Source: Candidatus Aegiribacteria sp.
GTDB lineage: Bacteria > Fermentibacterota > Fermentibacteria > Fermentibacterales > JCC-6
DNA: 64,000 nt
Direction: 5' to 3'
Assembly: GCA_030600545.1 (NCBI GenBank)
Contig: JAUVLV010000002.1
Location: forward strand, 241-64,240
Shown here: positions 36,808 to 45,415 of the stretch, piece by piece
Layout of the letters: each line of letters opens with the position of its first letter
Numbering within the stretch: the first letter of the stretch is position 1
The notes under the pieces: generated by a model
Database searches by the model: none
What the model saw: only the letters and a program-made list of their open reading frames with translations
Told to the model about the DNA's origin: nothing
Position numbers and translations under genes: made by a program

Positions 36808-37775
36808 AAAACGGGATTGCTTCCAGGCCGTCCTCAGTATTCTGGATACTTCTGGTACTGTCCGTTATTCTGGTTGGTGCTTTATCATTATTTGTCGGCC
36901 CCATGGAGCATCCTCCGGAGTGGGTGGTCATGAAGCTCAGGCTGCCCAGACTTGTGCTCGCGCTACTTACCGGGAGCGCCCTGTCCGTTTCGGGCTGTGT
37001 CCTTCAGTCCATACTGAGGAACGACCTGGCAACCCCCTACACACTCGGCATATCCGCAGGAGCGGGACTCGTGGCTGGCTCTGTGATCGTGTCCGGGTTT
37101 ATCATGCCTGTTATGGGGCTTGTCGCCGCCGGAACAGCGGGAGCTCTGCTGGCTGTCATTCTTGTGTACGTACTGGCTTCCCGCGGGAGGAGGGTGGAGT
37201 ACGGATCAACACTCCTTCTGGCAGGAATCACCATGAATCTTGTAGGCGCATCCATCCTTCTTCTGTTTGAGTATTTCAGCGATGCCTCAAGAATTCTGGA
37301 AATCGTTCGGTGGATGATGGGTGACATGGCAGTAATAGGATGGAGCAAACCGCTTTTCCTTGTACCGGCGGTAATTCTGGGAATGCTTGCCGTGCTTTCG
37401 AGAACCGGGGTTATGAACCAGATTTCACAGGGTGATGATATTGCTCGTACCAGGGGTGTTTCGGTGAAAATGGAAAGGAATCTTCTGCTAGCGTCCGCTG
37501 CTCTCCTTGCGGGATCAACCGTAGGCGCAGTTGGCCCAGTCGGATTTATTGGTCTGATGGTGCCACACATAATGAGAAGATTCGTCGGAGCTGACTACAG
37601 ATACCTTGTTCCCGCGTCAGCACTGGGAGGTATGCTGCTTGTCATTCTTGCCGATTCACTGTCAAGAGTGATTATCAGCCCCGCAGAGCTTCCAATAGGT
37701 ATTGTGATGTCACTGATAGGTGGTCCCTTTTTCCTTGTGCTTCTTCTGAGAGCTGGAGGGAAAAAGAAGCGTTAA
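36804..37775 (+). CDS. FecCD-family ABC permease (BtuC-like)
   Basis: It is multi-pass hydrophobic and carries the motifs LRLPRLVLALLTGSALSVSGCVLQSILRN and GPVGFIGLMVPHIMR. Confidence 0.85.
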   Translation: MKNGIASRPSSVFWILLVLSVILVGALSLFVGPMEHPPEWVVMKLRLPRLVLALLTGSALSVSGCVLQSILRNDLATPYTLGISAGAGLVAGSVIVSGFIMPVMGLVAAGTAGALLAVILVYVLASRGRRVEYGSTLLLAGITMNLVGASILLLFEYFSDASRILEIVRWMMGDMAVIGWSKPLFLVPAVILGMLAVLSRTGVMNQISQGDDIARTRGVSVKMERNLLLASAALLAGSTVGAVGPVGFIGLMVPHIMRRFVGADYRYLVPASALGGMLLVILADSLSRVIISPAELPIGIVMSLIGGPFFLVLLLRAGGKKKR

Positions 37776-38482
37776 CTTTTAATGTATGAATTGAACAGAT
37801 GTTTAATGTACTTAAGGGAATCCTCTATGACAAATGGAATAGCTTTAGCGTATGTATCCAATATTACAATGGCATTTACCGGCGAGTCAGTTTCACTTGC
37901 TGCCCTGAGCCTTTCAGCTACGGAGTAGTTCACTTCCTGGATGTTATCGTATATTCTTTTCAACCCCTCAAGCTGTAAATCCGCTTCCCTGCCTTCTCTG
38001 TGAAGGAAATACTGCGCGAGCAGATACATTGACGCAGCCCTGTATATGGTCTCATCTCTGCTGGCAAGCGGAAGGTGAAAACGTGCCATTGGCTTGAAGT
38101 ACTCCGTAAGCGGACAGCCGGAGGTTGCTATCAGGAGGCCCATAAGAGAACTCAGTCCCTGCTGCGCGGAGGTCTGCTGTGATATGTGCCTGTCTTTTGT
38201 AATGACTTCAAGAAGTATTCTATCGTAAGAAAGCACATGGTCGAAATGCTCCACAATATCAATTATGCTCAACGCGAGGGGGCAGTAGCTTTGACTGCCT
38301 GCATCCAGCGGACAGTTTGGGCACTGATGAAAATCAAGCTTCGTCCATGCCGGAGGCTTTTCGGGGATCTTGGCAAGCAGATTGAGACTGTCCGGATCCA
38401 GTTCTACACGGAACTCCTCCACCTTGTCATCCGACAATTTGAAGCGGTAGTCAATAATCACACTGTTCATAATTAACGTCAT
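37772..38482 (-). CDS. Hypothetical protein (236 aa) with Cys motifs
   Basis: The ORF is clean and I recognise no family. Notable motifs are HQCPNCPLDAGSQSYCPLA and SGCPLTEYF. Its stop codon overlaps the convergent permease stop by 4 nt. Confidence 0.5.
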   Translation of the reverse strand: MTLIMNSVIIDYRFKLSDDKVEEFRVELDPDSLNLLAKIPEKPPAWTKLDFHQCPNCPLDAGSQSYCPLALSIIDIVEHFDHVLSYDRILLEVITKDRHISQQTSAQQGLSSLMGLLIATSGCPLTEYFKPMARFHLPLASRDETIYRAASMYLLAQYFLHREGREADLQLEGLKRIYDNIQEVNYSVAERLRAASETDSPVNAIVILDTYAKAIPFVIEDSLKYIKHLFNSYIKS

Positions 38483-38558
38483 TTATTCATACCTGTGAAT
38501 TCAGTTTAACAATTCTCCAGGAAATGGCTAATGGTGAATGAGAACGATGAAGGGTTTT

Positions 38559-39098
38559 CTAAAAAGCATAGGCTATCAAATACATCTGTGCTTCATGAAA
38601 ATATTTGGGCGCTTTGTTAACTCTTCTGAAGTAGTGCTTCAATACATGCTTCCATTCGTACATAGTTTTTCCATTGATATGTGTTTTGTCTTTGACAAAG
38701 TTCGGACTATCTTTACTTGTAATACCTACCAATAATTTATCAGTGTGTTTTCTAATCCATGCCAAAGCTTCTTTAACCTGTTCATCTGTTAAGTGTTCTA
38801 GTACATCAATACTAAAAATAAGATCATATTTAGAACTGATTTCTGAAAGAGAAGTTGTTAATCTGTTTTCAGATTTGCCAAATGGATGTTGTGTTGCGTA
38901 TTCACTGATATCAAATCCAACGACATCTTGTATACCTTCTTCAACAAAACAATGTACGTGTTGGCCAAAACCACAGCCGTAGTCCAGTATTTTATCATGT
39001 TCTTGTAATCCCATAAAAGAAATACATTGAGCAACTTCAATAACATGTCTTTGTTCTAATTCTGGATTTCTTTCCTTAAAGTATTCTTCTTCATACAT
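38559..39098 (-). CDS. Class I SAM-dependent methyltransferase (179 aa) in a low-GC island
   Basis: The SAM motif is ILDYGCGFGQHVHCF, with DLIFSIDVLEHL. Hand counts on three 60-nt lines (38701-38880) give 18-19 G+C per 60, against 31 per 60 at 39181-39240. Confidence 0.7.
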   Translation of the reverse strand: MYEEEYFKERNPELEQRHVIEVAQCISFMGLQEHDKILDYGCGFGQHVHCFVEEGIQDVVGFDISEYATQHPFGKSENRLTTSLSEISSKYDLIFSIDVLEHLTDEQVKEALAWIRKHTDKLLVGITSKDSPNFVKDKTHINGKTMYEWKHVLKHYFRRVNKAPKYFHEAQMYLIAYAF

Positions 39099-39129
39099 TT
39101 AATATCTTTCTTTACTTCGAAGGAATATG

Positions 39130-41004
39130 TTACTCTTCCAGCTGCTCCTGCTCGATTATCAGGGAATCCTCGACGGTTTCGAGGTTCTGTGACCACTCTT
39201 CCCGCAAGTCATGGATATCGCTGATTGCTCTGAGGTTCTGGATAATATTCTCAGCTCCGAGCTGTTCATGTCCATACTGCGTGGAAATGTACGTCATTGT
39301 CTGCATGTTCTGGTTTTCGGCGGGGAGCTGTCTTGAGAGTATTTCAGCAATAACGCAGCTGGTTCCGATTTCGAAAGGTCCGATAACCTCGAATTCGGGG
39401 GCGATAAGTGCCGCTTCAGCGAATTCCTCGGAGTAAAGGAGTCCTCCTATTGCTTCGGGGTCAGTCCGAGCATTATTTCTTATCTGTGCCGCTGTAAAAG
39501 TAGGAGTTGTAAGAACCTGGAGTGATTCAATGGAAGCGTAAGTTGCCAGATTGATACCGCTGTTGCGAATATCATTCAACATGTCAAGAGCTTTTGCCCT
39601 CGTGGTTTCTCTTCTTAGAGTGTACATTGCTGCTTCCTGCAGAAGACCGGATTCAATGGTTTCTTCGTACCCGGAAGTATCAGCCGGGAAGTAATCCAGT
39701 CTTTTGACCATAGTGAACGCTGGGTAACCGCCGCGATATGAAGGGGTAAAGAATATCGGCCCAAGGGGATCGTTCCAAAGTGTATCGGATGCAAAGGTAA
39801 CAAGTTCTTCCGAAATGATGGCTGAGAATGGAGTATCCTGCTCCACCAGCATTTCCCCGAAATCAACTATAACCAAAGAATCGGGAACTTCCGGAACACT
39901 CTCTGCAAGCATATCTTCCATACCTGATTCAAGATCCCACATTATCCTTCTAACCGTTGAATATTGTGGGAGAACCGGAACTTCCCAGCTCTGCAGAAAA
40001 AGGGTATCATCTTGAATGGATGCTGAATCAAACGTAAGAGTATCGGTGGATTCGTGCAGAGAATCAAGAAGCAGGACATGATAACTGCTTATGGATGGGT
40101 TTGCTGAGTACATACCAAGGAATGGTTCAGTTCTTTCTCCCGTTTCAATTCTGATACTGTCCCCGAATACCTCTGTGATCTGAGACCTGGTGGCTGCTAT
40201 TCTTGAGCCTGCGGTTGAATATGCAAGGGAATCGATTCTGTTCATGGCGAATTCCAGGTCGGAGTATTCAGGCAGAACCTGAACCGTAATGTACCTTAGA
40301 AGAGATCCTGAAGGTCTGTTGAAAAATTCCGGTCTGCCTTCGTAGAACTCGATTAAATATGCTTCATCTGGCATAGGTGGTACCGTGTCGACCACGATGT
40401 ATCTGGCTGTTATCTGTCCTCTGTTGTCAAGGATCAGATAATCGACCTCTTCAAGACTGGCCATACTGACCATCCCGGAAGCCAGGGGGAATCTCAGGGA
40501 ACTTCCATTCATGTATGTCTGATATAGGTATTGCTGATACGTTCCGGGTTGTTCTGATTTGATCATGTCAAGATATTCCCGGGCTGTCATTTCACCCAGA
40601 TTCTGCATGCCAATCTGTGCAATAAGCAGTTCCTCTGCCTGTGCAGCAGTGAAATCCTGCCAATTATGATTCTGCAGGTAAATTCCCTGGAGCCTCTGGT
40701 TGATAAGACCTTCAAAAGCCTCTTCCGATATTTGATCGCTCATGAGCAGGAGCATGGATTCCGGGTCAGGATTGCCGCTCTGCTCGAGCATGCTGCGATA
40801 CCGCTGACTCCAGGATTGAAGAACCTGCTGGTACTCTTCAGGCAGAATATCCTTGCCGTTCACCGTAGCGATAGGGCGTTCATAAGGGTTTCTGGATATG
40901 TTTTCTCCTTCTCCCATGCCCCATCTCAGGAAGATAAGAGCAACGAATATGACAATTGTGGCGATCAGGAATATCTTAGCATTATCTCTTAACCAGGTTA
41001 ACAT
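39130..41004 (-). CDS. Periplasmic chaperone, PpiD/SurA-N-like, membrane anchored
   Basis: The N-terminus MLTWLRDNAKIFLIATIVIFVALIFL is typical of PpiD-type proteins. I saw no clear parvulin signature. I chose the ATG at 41004 (GGGGGA upstream); the ORF is open to 41073. Confidence 0.55.
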   Translation of the reverse strand: MLTWLRDNAKIFLIATIVIFVALIFLRWGMGEGENISRNPYERPIATVNGKDILPEEYQQVLQSWSQRYRSMLEQSGNPDPESMLLLMSDQISEEAFEGLINQRLQGIYLQNHNWQDFTAAQAEELLIAQIGMQNLGEMTAREYLDMIKSEQPGTYQQYLYQTYMNGSSLRFPLASGMVSMASLEEVDYLILDNRGQITARYIVVDTVPPMPDEAYLIEFYEGRPEFFNRPSGSLLRYITVQVLPEYSDLEFAMNRIDSLAYSTAGSRIAATRSQITEVFGDSIRIETGERTEPFLGMYSANPSISSYHVLLLDSLHESTDTLTFDSASIQDDTLFLQSWEVPVLPQYSTVRRIMWDLESGMEDMLAESVPEVPDSLVIVDFGEMLVEQDTPFSAIISEELVTFASDTLWNDPLGPIFFTPSYRGGYPAFTMVKRLDYFPADTSGYEETIESGLLQEAAMYTLRRETTRAKALDMLNDIRNSGINLATYASIESLQVLTTPTFTAAQIRNNARTDPEAIGGLLYSEEFAEAALIAPEFEVIGPFEIGTSCVIAEILSRQLPAENQNMQTMTYISTQYGHEQLGAENIIQNLRAISDIHDLREEWSQNLETVEDSLIIEQEQLEE

Positions 41005-41110
41005 CTTTTTTCCCCCGAAACTTGATTGGATTTTTGAAGAGGCAAAAATACTCACCTTCAATGTATTATGCAAGGTCTGTAAGGAAAACTAGGGATGAAA
41101 AACAAATAAT

Positions 41111-42109
41111 ATGAAGATAAAAAAATACAGTGAAATGAAAAATATGGCCAGTAACGCTTCAGACGGGATGATACTGGTAGCAATGGGACCTGACCTTTAT
41201 CAGTCGGGACGACTCCGTAGTACAATTGTTGACAGATTCAGAAAAACTCTGGATTACGAGATTCTCCGATATGAAGGTGATAGCCTGGGAGAGGGAGATC
41301 TGAAAAGGCATCTCCTCGAGAACTCCCTGTTTTCCAGAGGTAAACTGATAGTAATATCGAATGCTCATAAACTTGGGAAAGCCTCACAATTCGAACTGCT
41401 TGAGGCCATAGAAAATGGGATCAGCGATTCAGCTCTTTTCCTGACATCTTCGAAAGTTCCCAGAGAATCTGCAATATTGCGGAAACTGGAGAAAGAAGTT
41501 CCCGTTTATATATGTTACGAACCCTTTGACAGAGATATGCCCAGTTGGGTGAAAAGACTGGCTTCAGAGGAGAAGATCAGACTGAAGACGGATACTGTTC
41601 AGCTTCTGATAGAGTATTCGGGAAGGAATCTTCAAAGACTTTCGGATGCCGTAACAAAGCTGGCTATTTATCACGGTCCTGACTCCGTTGTTGGCAGAAG
41701 CGGTATGATCGAAGTGATCTCGGGAAAGGGCGGAACCGATATCTTCCATCTGGGAGATATGATCTTTAGCAACAGCAGGGGCGAAGCGGTTGACACTGCA
41801 TGGTCTCTTCTGAAATGCGGAGAGGAACCCATAGGGATGATTGCCTATCTTTTTAGTTTATGGAGGAAGGTAATCAGGGCAATCGAAATCGTCACGTCCG
41901 GCGGAGGCAGTAAAGAGGTGTCGGAGGAAACAGGAGCGAAGTATCCACTTATTAACAAGCTTATGAAATTCTCAGGAACCGCCAGTAAGGCTGATACAGC
42001 CGCTGCTGCAGAAGCGTTTGCGGAGGCTGACTATGGAATTAAAACAGGTGCAGATCCCCTTGTTATTTTTACCCGGTTGATCTTCACCTTGACAAGTGGC
42101 CGCTCATAA
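41111..42109 (+). CDS. holA: DNA polymerase III delta subunit-like protein
   Basis: The ~330 aa length and overall clamp-loader delta pattern fit (N-terminal GPDLY..., central LQRLSDAVTKLAIY). The call is by resemblance only. Confidence 0.5.
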   Translation: MKIKKYSEMKNMASNASDGMILVAMGPDLYQSGRLRSTIVDRFRKTLDYEILRYEGDSLGEGDLKRHLLENSLFSRGKLIVISNAHKLGKASQFELLEAIENGISDSALFLTSSKVPRESAILRKLEKEVPVYICYEPFDRDMPSWVKRLASEEKIRLKTDTVQLLIEYSGRNLQRLSDAVTKLAIYHGPDSVVGRSGMIEVISGKGGTDIFHLGDMIFSNSRGEAVDTAWSLLKCGEEPIGMIAYLFSLWRKVIRAIEIVTSGGGSKEVSEETGAKYPLINKLMKFSGTASKADTAAAAEAFAEADYGIKTGADPLVIFTRLIFTLTSGRS

Positions 42110-42174
42110 ACGACAATTGTGGTTATATAATGATTTAGTGAAAAACAATAGCTAACCTATCCTAGGAGGAGAGC

Positions 42175-42915
42175 ATGGCAGAGGTACTTGAAAAGAAGAT
42201 TCTTGATCTGCTTGATCGCAGGGAAGAACTTGTAGGCAGGTTGAATAATCTGGAAACCATGAAACCAGATACTAACGCCAGGGTGTACAAGAAGATTCGT
42301 GGGGATTACAGTACCAAACTTCAGGATGTACTCGAGAAAATAAATGAGAAGAGAGGTTCTCTCGAGACGAAGGCAGAAGAGTTAACAAATCAGATCAGTG
42401 AGAAAGAAAAGATATTTACCGACCAGTCTGACCAGGTTGATGAGCTTCAGATAAGGGCAAAACTCGGTGAATTCAATCATGATAATGATGAATTCAAAAA
42501 TGAACTGAACCAGGCGGAATCCGATCGTGATAAAACCTCAGGAGCACTTGATAAGCTCAGGAAGGAACTAAGCGATCTCAATGGCGTACTTAGCGATGTA
42601 GATCACGCTACTTCCGCAGGTGTGCCCGGCATGGATAATACGATTCAGACAAAGGTGGAAACGAAGAGTGAAGAGGATGTCATCGATTTAGAAGATGATG
42701 ACCTCGTCGAAGAAGTCGAAGAGGCCAAAATCGATAATCTTGACATGGACGTTGATGACATCAAAGATGAGTCGGATGAAAACAAGTGTCCCAATTGCGG
42801 GCATGTAAACCCTCCTCATCTTGTTGTCTGCGAAGAGTGCAATGCTGAACTCGAAGACCTGAGCCAGGATCTGGATGACGAGTTCGACTTCGACGACATG
42901 GATGTTGATATCTAA
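42175..42915 (+). CDS. Coiled-coil protein with an acidic linker and a C-terminal zinc ribbon
   Basis: Heptad-like sequence fills the N-terminal 150 aa. D/E-rich tracts follow (EDVIDLEDDDLVEEVEEAKIDNLDMDVDDIKDESDE). The zinc ribbon is CPNCGHVNPPHLVVCEECNAEL. A strong SD (AGGAGG) precedes the start. Confidence 0.55.
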   Translation: MAEVLEKKILDLLDRREELVGRLNNLETMKPDTNARVYKKIRGDYSTKLQDVLEKINEKRGSLETKAEELTNQISEKEKIFTDQSDQVDELQIRAKLGEFNHDNDEFKNELNQAESDRDKTSGALDKLRKELSDLNGVLSDVDHATSAGVPGMDNTIQTKVETKSEEDVIDLEDDDLVEEVEEAKIDNLDMDVDDIKDESDENKCPNCGHVNPPHLVVCEECNAELEDLSQDLDDEFDFDDMDVDI

Positions 42916-42947
42916 TAATCTGTTGAATAACAGATCACGGAAATAAG

Positions 42948-42975
42948 GCTGCCGATTCTGACGGCAGCTTTATTT
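42948..42975. terminator. Bidirectional terminator between the zinc-ribbon gene and asd
   Basis: GCTGCCG - ATTCTGA - CGGCAGC, followed by TTTATTT on the plus strand and CTTATTT on the minus strand. Confidence 0.7.
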
Positions 42976-43947
42976 CATGTTTCCTTTATTTCTCAGATAT
43001 TCTTCAGCTATTTGAACCGCGTTAAGAGCCGCGCCTTTTCTGAGGTTGTCCGCAAGGACCCAGAACTGCAGAACCGAGGGATCACCGGGATAATTGCGGA
43101 TTCTGTCAACAATTACAATATCTGTGCCTTCCGCGTCTACTGATGAAGAACCGGATCTGGTTACAGCAATTCCAGGGGATCGTTCAAGGGTCGCGGCAGC
43201 TTCATCGCGTTGAACAGGATTATCGAATTTCACAACGACCGCTTCTGTGTGTCCGATTCTTACCGGAACTCTTGCGGTTGAAGCGAATATCGGGAAGTTC
43301 AGCTCCATTATCTTACAGGTCTCGTTCATCAGCTTGATCTCTTCGTTGCAATAGCCGCCTGCGTCAGGTGGGCCGATGCTCGTTATGATATTCTCATGGA
43401 TCCTGACGGCGGGATTTTCAGGAGGATTTCCATTCTGCTGTCTCTGAAGCTCTTCAAGTGCCGGTGTACCGGCACCTGATACTGCCTGGTAAGTGGCTAC
43501 CGAAACCCACTGTATTCCTCCGAGTTGCTGCAGGGGGGCAAGGGCCACAACCAGCTGGATGGTTGAACAGTTGGGGTTCGCAATAATATTTTCCTTACCG
43601 GTAATAAGGTGTCCGTTAACCTCAGGAACCACGAGCAGAACATCCGGGTCCATTCTGTAGGCGGATGAATTGTCAATTACAAGTGCTTCAGCTTCAATGC
43701 ACATGGGTATCCATTTTTTTGCTATATTTGATGAAGTGGCACCGAAGAGAATCATCCCCTTGCTGATTGCTTCCGGTGTTATTATTTCAACCGGGTAGTC
43801 CGTGTTTCTGTATCGGATGATTTTTTCCTCCGATCTGCTTGAGGCAAAGGGATGAAAAGATTCAGAAGGAAAGGAGCGATCCTGAAGCACCTTGATCATA
43901 GTTTCGCCAACAAGTCCTGTTGCTCCGACAACACCGACTTTAATCAT
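42970..43947 (-). CDS. asd: Aspartate-semialdehyde dehydrogenase
   Basis: The N-terminus is KVGVVGATGLVGETM and the active-site region is IANPNCSTIQLV. Length is 325 aa. GGAGGTGG lies upstream. Confidence 0.9.
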   Translation of the reverse strand: MIKVGVVGATGLVGETMIKVLQDRSFPSESFHPFASSRSEEKIIRYRNTDYPVEIITPEAISKGMILFGATSSNIAKKWIPMCIEAEALVIDNSSAYRMDPDVLLVVPEVNGHLITGKENIIANPNCSTIQLVVALAPLQQLGGIQWVSVATYQAVSGAGTPALEELQRQQNGNPPENPAVRIHENIITSIGPPDAGGYCNEEIKLMNETCKIMELNFPIFASTARVPVRIGHTEAVVVKFDNPVQRDEAAATLERSPGIAVTRSGSSSVDAEGTDIVIVDRIRNYPGDPSVLQFWVLADNLRKGAALNAVQIAEEYLRNKGNMK

Positions 43948-44091
43948 TGTTCCACCTCCGTATTTAATTACCGATACATATTTGCAGCAGTTCTGTGGTC
44001 AACCCTTACTTTTGTTTCATGTTCAGGTACACGCATATTTACACTCGATCATCGAAGCACTGATTCAGCACCACCAGCATCCGAGAGCAGA

Positions 44092-45405
44092 ATGGTTCTT
44101 CCAGTTATGCAGGCTGGCGCGACGCGATATACCGATATTCATACAACGGATATACCGGCTTCCCTGGCAACCATTAGCGATATTCAGTATAGACCTGAAC
44201 GTTTTCCCGGAAGGGGAGATATAAAGGAATTGGTGGAACAGATACTAAGGAACGAAGGAGTTCCTCTTGAGGTAGCCGCGCTCGTATGGATAGAAAGTGA
44301 TTTCAGTGTGGGCTGCTATTCCAGAATGGGAGCAGCAGGTCCATGGCAGCTGATGCCCACCACTGGCCGGGAACTGGGTTTGACAATAGATGATTGCGTT
44401 GATGAAAGATATTCCTGGGTTGCATCCACAAGAGCTGCAGCAAGGTATCTAAGGTACCTGCATAACATTTTTGATGATTGGGTGCTTGCAATAGCGGCCT
44501 ACAACTGCGGACCTGGAAGGGTTCAGTCAGGCCTTCGGCTGGGGGGCAATACTTTTGGCGAAATAGATTTGCCCGGAGAAACCGATGCATTCGTTCCCCG
44601 TTTTGCCTCTGCTGCGGAAGCGTACGTCCAGGTTGAGCTTGAGTCGGACAGGCTGGCCGTTGTGTGGGTTCCCGCAGGTTTTGATCTCAGGTTGCTTGCT
44701 GCTGAAACAGATCTCGATATCGATACACTGATGGATATGAATAGATCGTATCTTCTGGAAAGAACACCTGCTGAAGGTGAAGCCTGGGAAATAGTTGTAC
44801 CTGTTGATTATACTGGAGAAGTATTCAACACAGCATGGACTATCGATCCCACAAGATACCTTGTCAAGGAGGGAAATTCCTGGATTGGAATAGCTTCTGA
44901 GCTGGGCGTTTCATCGGAAGTACTCATGGGTCTCAACCCTGCTGGATCGCTTCAACCTGGAATGTACATTGACATTCCGGAGAGCCAGCGGCAGCCGGTA
45001 AATGCCGGATACATAGAAAACCCTCAGTTTATCAGATATACAGTCCGCATGGGTGATACCATGGGCGCGATTGCTGCTACCGTAGGTGTGAGTTCCAGGG
45101 AGGTGGCTGCATGGAATGAGATGTCACCGGATGATACAATATTTCCCGGAGACGTTTTGCTGCTCCGCCGTTCCGGCAATTCATCGGCTCTGGAACAGCA
45201 GCTAAATATGCCCACCCTTCCCGAAGGTGATGAAATAGATATAGTATCAGGTGGAGGAAGAATTGAGCATACTATTGTTGAAGGAGATAATCTCTGGGAT
45301 ATTGCGCTAAGATACGGAGTCTCCATCGAACAGATAATGTACCTTAATTCCCTTGAAAGTAATATACTCTCGCTTGGAGATGTTCTGGTAATTATACCTG
45401 AATAG
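44092..45405 (+). CDS. Lytic murein transglycosylase (SLT domain) with C-terminal LysM repeats (MltD-like)
   Basis: The SLT catalytic region is ALVWIESDFSVGCYSRMGAAGPWQLMPTTG ... AAYNCGPGRV. LysM-like segments are YLVKEGNSWIGIASELGV, YTVRMGDTMGAIAATVGV and HTIVEGDNLWDIALRYGV. The first in-frame ATG after asd is at 44092. A signal/lipobox-like stretch upstream (IFAAVLWSTLTFVSCSG) has no canonical start codon. Confidence 0.7.
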   Translation: MVLPVMQAGATRYTDIHTTDIPASLATISDIQYRPERFPGRGDIKELVEQILRNEGVPLEVAALVWIESDFSVGCYSRMGAAGPWQLMPTTGRELGLTIDDCVDERYSWVASTRAAARYLRYLHNIFDDWVLAIAAYNCGPGRVQSGLRLGGNTFGEIDLPGETDAFVPRFASAAEAYVQVELESDRLAVVWVPAGFDLRLLAAETDLDIDTLMDMNRSYLLERTPAEGEAWEIVVPVDYTGEVFNTAWTIDPTRYLVKEGNSWIGIASELGVSSEVLMGLNPAGSLQPGMYIDIPESQRQPVNAGYIENPQFIRYTVRMGDTMGAIAATVGVSSREVAAWNEMSPDDTIFPGDVLLLRRSGNSSALEQQLNMPTLPEGDEIDIVSGGGRIEHTIVEGDNLWDIALRYGVSIEQIMYLNSLESNILSLGDVLVIIPE

Positions 45406-45415
45406 GTGAGTGAAA

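Noticed and set aside
37772-37775. Convergent genes whose stop codons overlap (also 4096-4105), as a possible antisense-regulation device.
   Set aside because: Short tail-to-tail overlaps are common in compact genomes, and nothing else in the sequence supports a special role.
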